From Jatrophihabitans sp. (GTDB lineage Bacteria > Actinomycetota > Actinomycetes > Mycobacteriales > Jatrophihabitantaceae), in assembly GCA_025924515.1 (NCBI GenBank), contig JAICIE010000004.1, positions 1,228 to 65,227 of the forward strand: 64,000 nt of DNA. Reading direction: 5' to 3'. This document shows, piece after piece, positions 63,908 to 64,000 of the stretch; position 1 is the first letter of the stretch; each line of letters starts with the position of its first letter. Position numbers and translations under genes: made by a program. A model generated the notes under the pieces. That model did not search any database. It had not been told where the DNA came from and saw only the letters and a program-made list of their open reading frames with translations.

Positions 63908-64000
63908 CCCCGTCGACCCGGTGAAGGACGCGCTGGCCGCGGCGCGCGAGGTGTCACAGCGCACCGGGCGCCGGATGCCCGGATTGCGGCGCCGGCGCAC
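63900..64000 (+). CDS. DUF721/DciA-like protein (Rv0004 position), N-terminal fragment; runs off the window
   Basis: The frame is open to the window end. G/C third positions resume at GTG 63900 (VDNPVDPVKDALAAAREVSQRTGRRMPGLRRRR), and a basic Arg-rich segment typically follows the first helix in this family. The start is uncertain. Confidence 0.45.
   Translation, partial: MDNPVDPVKDALAAAREVSQRTGRRMPGLRRRR

Noticed and set aside
1-64000. A search by eye for rRNA genes, CRISPR arrays, insertion sequences, toxin-antitoxin pairs and known defence-system hallmarks.
   Set aside because: None recognised. The window is dominated by conserved origin-proximal housekeeping genes plus metabolic and envelope clusters. 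A computational scan (Rfam, ISfinder, DefenseFinder/PADLOC) would be needed to exclude small or divergent elements.

Overview
High-GC (by eye above about 70%) actinobacterial chromosome segment running into the replication-origin neighbourhood. The right third (about 42.4-64 kb) is the conserved actinobacterial oriC block: cca, NUDIX, DUF6049-like, murJ, trxB, trxA, cwlM, then parB-parA-rsmG-jag-yidC-yidD-rnpA-rpmH on the minus strand, then dnaA-dnaN-recF and a DUF721-like start. The order matches what I recall for M. tuberculosis Rv3907c to Rv0003, minus sigM. I found a parS site inside parA, DnaA-box-like 9-mers in the dnaA-dnaN spacer, and a separate AT-rich cluster of DnaA boxes after recF. 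The middle holds housekeeping and envelope genes (dcd, ilvE, a PadR-family gene with ino1, algH-like, MFS), a four-gene lipid-linked glycan modification cluster, a WhiG/FliA-type sigma factor, a secreted GH16 enzyme, a permease/kinase/SIS operon, a DUF1326/DUF2182 pair, tRNA-Gly(CCC), and a small decayed low-GC patch. The most interesting part is the left 19 kb. A PucR-family regulator precedes a roughly 13 kb, 10-gene, start/stop-coupled minus-strand operon: NCS2 nucleobase permease, form-II CoxM/S/L-type molybdenum hydroxylase plus CoxG, hydantoinase A/B, type III CoA-transferase, carbamate kinase and an AtzD/barbiturase-family ring-opening amidohydrolase. Diverging from it is a DUF2877/FdrA/DUF1116 operon, homologous to E. 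coli AllH/AllF/AllG (oxamate carbamoyltransferase). I read this as a candidate undescribed, carbamoyl-phosphate/ATP-yielding N-heterocycle (pyrimidine- or purine-type) catabolic system. That reading is inference from domain content and gene order only. No rRNA, CRISPR array, transposase, integrase or phage genes were seen. Many long ORFs in the track are antisense shadows typical of high-GC DNA and are not called.
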